Shown here: piece after piece, positions 61,890 through 64,000 of the stretch
Layout of the letters: every line of letters starts with the position of its first letter
How positions within the stretch are numbered: the stretch's first letter is position 1
NCBI RefSeq assembly: GCF_035084215.1
Contig: NC_090353.1
Coordinates: 16,988,001 to 17,052,000, forward strand
Reading direction: 5' to 3'
From: Heptranchias perlo
Lineage: Eukaryota
DNA length: 64,000 bases
Translations under genes and position numbers: made by a program
The notes under the pieces: model-generated
What the model was told of the DNA's origin: nothing
What the model saw: the letters and a program-made list of their open reading frames with translations, nothing else
Database searches by the model: none

Positions 61890-62740
61890 TATCGTCGATG
61901 TAGGCGGCTTCCACCGAAGCAAAAACCTGCAACAACCGCAAAAACACCTCTTCCTTTTTTCGGCCCAGGCACAAGCCCAACCCCTACCGGACGACCGCCC
62001 ACCGTCTCTCTTACTGACTGACAGCTTGATTAACCAATAAGAGACTGGGATAGGTACAACAGACCATAGAAACTCTATCACTATGGCGACAAGACCCACC
62101 CTCCCGCACTGCGCTGCCTGACTGGGTGAAGTCATCCTGTCCGGACGCCATCCCGCCTTTCGCTGAATACTGTTTACTGATTGTTTACAAAAACTATCAA
62201 TCAAAATAAACGCCCGTCGCTGATTGCGTAATTTACTTGTCATTCAAAGTTATCATCCGTACACCCCTTTTCCGGCGCGGACTTTTTTTATTATTAAGGA
62301 GGAGGCTTGTACGTCTCGAGCGGTCGTGTTGTTGGAGAGATGGGCCGAATGAAACGCTGAACCAAGCCCCGGGGATCGTCCACCCAGTCATTCCGAGAGC
62401 GATAACTCTGAGGTAAAGAAAGACGAATCGAGCGAGTTTTTTTTTTAAATTATAAAATGTACAGCGACTCCCCCTCTCCTCACACGGTTTTGTGCGTCAT
62501 AATCCTGGTTATGGGAGCCTCTGTTGGTTTATTTTGTGGCTAAAATGTCTCCTCAAATGATAATTTAAACAGGCCCCGGAGTGAACTGTCACTCGGTCTG
62601 CAGCTGCGTGGAGTGTAAACATCAGCCTGACATTTCTGCAGGGACCCCGTGGCCCTGCTGTCACAGCTCGGAGGGAATTGGGCAAATCCTTCAATTCTTC
62701 GGATAACTCTCATAACCCCCCCCCCCCTCCGATTAATCTA
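61890..62740. promoter_or_regulatory. RAB11B CpG-island promoter, probably bidirectional
   Basis: CpG-rich; CCAAT ~62034, GC-boxes, TTCCGG ~62270; + strand splice donors at 62412|62413 and 62832|62833. Confidence 0.65.
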
Positions 62741-64000
62741 ACCAACACCTGAGTGATTTATTGCTGTTTTGGGGCAATTGTGTGTGTGTGTGCGTGTTTG
62801 TTGTGTGTGTCCCTGGAATAATATTGTTCCAGGTGAGTTGTCAAATGGTTCTGATAGCTTTGGTCCGCGATCAAGCTTGTTGGCGGTGACGACCAAATGG
62901 TATTGACGTGGTTCATTTTGGCTAAGTGAACCTAGACTAGTATCTCATGTTGGAAAGTCTTCCAATGGTGAGCTGTGATATCACTGTGACATAATCTTTG
63001 ACTGTACTATTTTGCATTGAGCACAGCAGTGGTGGTTGACCACTTCTGAGTTTAGATCTTCTGTCACCTCTTGTATTATTCATATCTGAACAGTCTCCTG
63101 TTCCCATAGGATCTTAACTTGGACAGGTACAGAATAGGAAGCATATTACAGAAGGAGTTGTTTCACTTCATTGCTTGTAGCTGGTTTTTCAAGCCAGCCT
63201 TGCTGGTGGAACTATAAATTCTAATTATAAAGCTGTCTGTATCTAGTAATATATTGTTGAAGTTTAGCTGAGGCTATTGACTGCTGCATTATCATTGAGA
63301 TACTTAACCCATTAAGTATGGGTTATCTGGATTATTTTCTGACCAGTAGGCAAAGGAATGATTTTAATCTGTCAGAAGTTGGAAATTGCACATACATTAT
63401 AACGTAATGTTCCATGATCTGTTGTTTCTCAAAATACTGTATGCGTAAAAGTATGTCAATAAAAATGTGTCCAATTAAAGAGGCATTGTAAGTTACTGCA
63501 GTCTTTGTTTTTCTTTTCCTTTTGAGACTACCATACCCATGTTCTAGGTTCCGTACTCTCATTAGTGTCCTGTTGCACAGTCTCCTTGCTCTGGGCAGGA
63601 AGGATGGTTTGAATTGTGGACTTCTCCCGGGTCTCTGGGAATACAGCTATGTAATTGGATGATGCGTTGGCATTGGTACTGGCAGTTTTTATTTATAAGT
63701 TTTCTTTAGATAAAGAATGTGGCTATTGTGAAAGTGTTGTGGAGAACTGATGAAATTTACTGAAAGCTAATGAATACTTGAATGGCCAAAGGACTTGAAC
63801 CTTGTGTCTGGCTGCTCTACATTCAGTCTTGCATCTACTGGATTGTTTCTTTAAATTCTACAGAAGAGATTTATTTTAATTTTTTTCTCTTCTCCCCTCC
63901 CCTCCCCCATCCCCCCCAAAAATCCTGCTGGCTACTAGTGGTTAATTGGATCCTTTTTGACTCACAGTAGGTAATATGAAACAATTATTCTGATCTTGGC

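Overview
Vertebrate genomic DNA, most likely a cartilaginous fish (inferred from the CR1/L2/Penelope/DeuSINE repeat mix). It holds two complete, convergent multi-exon genes: lamin B2 (LMNB2, + strand, 11 coding exons, 6591-31453, 576 aa, ending CAVM) and RAB11B (- strand, 5 coding exons, 61887-49568, 218 aa). Both have CpG-rich promoters; the RAB11B one looks bidirectional. The rest is mostly decayed retroelements: CR1, L2, another CR1-superfamily LINE, Penelope-like elements with minimal hammerhead ribozymes, and SINEs. Most notable: (1) an AT-rich but CpG-undepleted island inside LMNB2 intron 1, followed by a phase-compatible candidate alternative coding exon that would give a headless, lamin C2/B3-like isoform; (2) the extra intron typical of mammalian LMNB2 is absent; (3) a TSD-flanked Penelope/hammerhead palindrome with 95-bp arms in RAB11B intron 1. 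Exon boundaries were read manually; repeat boundaries are approximate.
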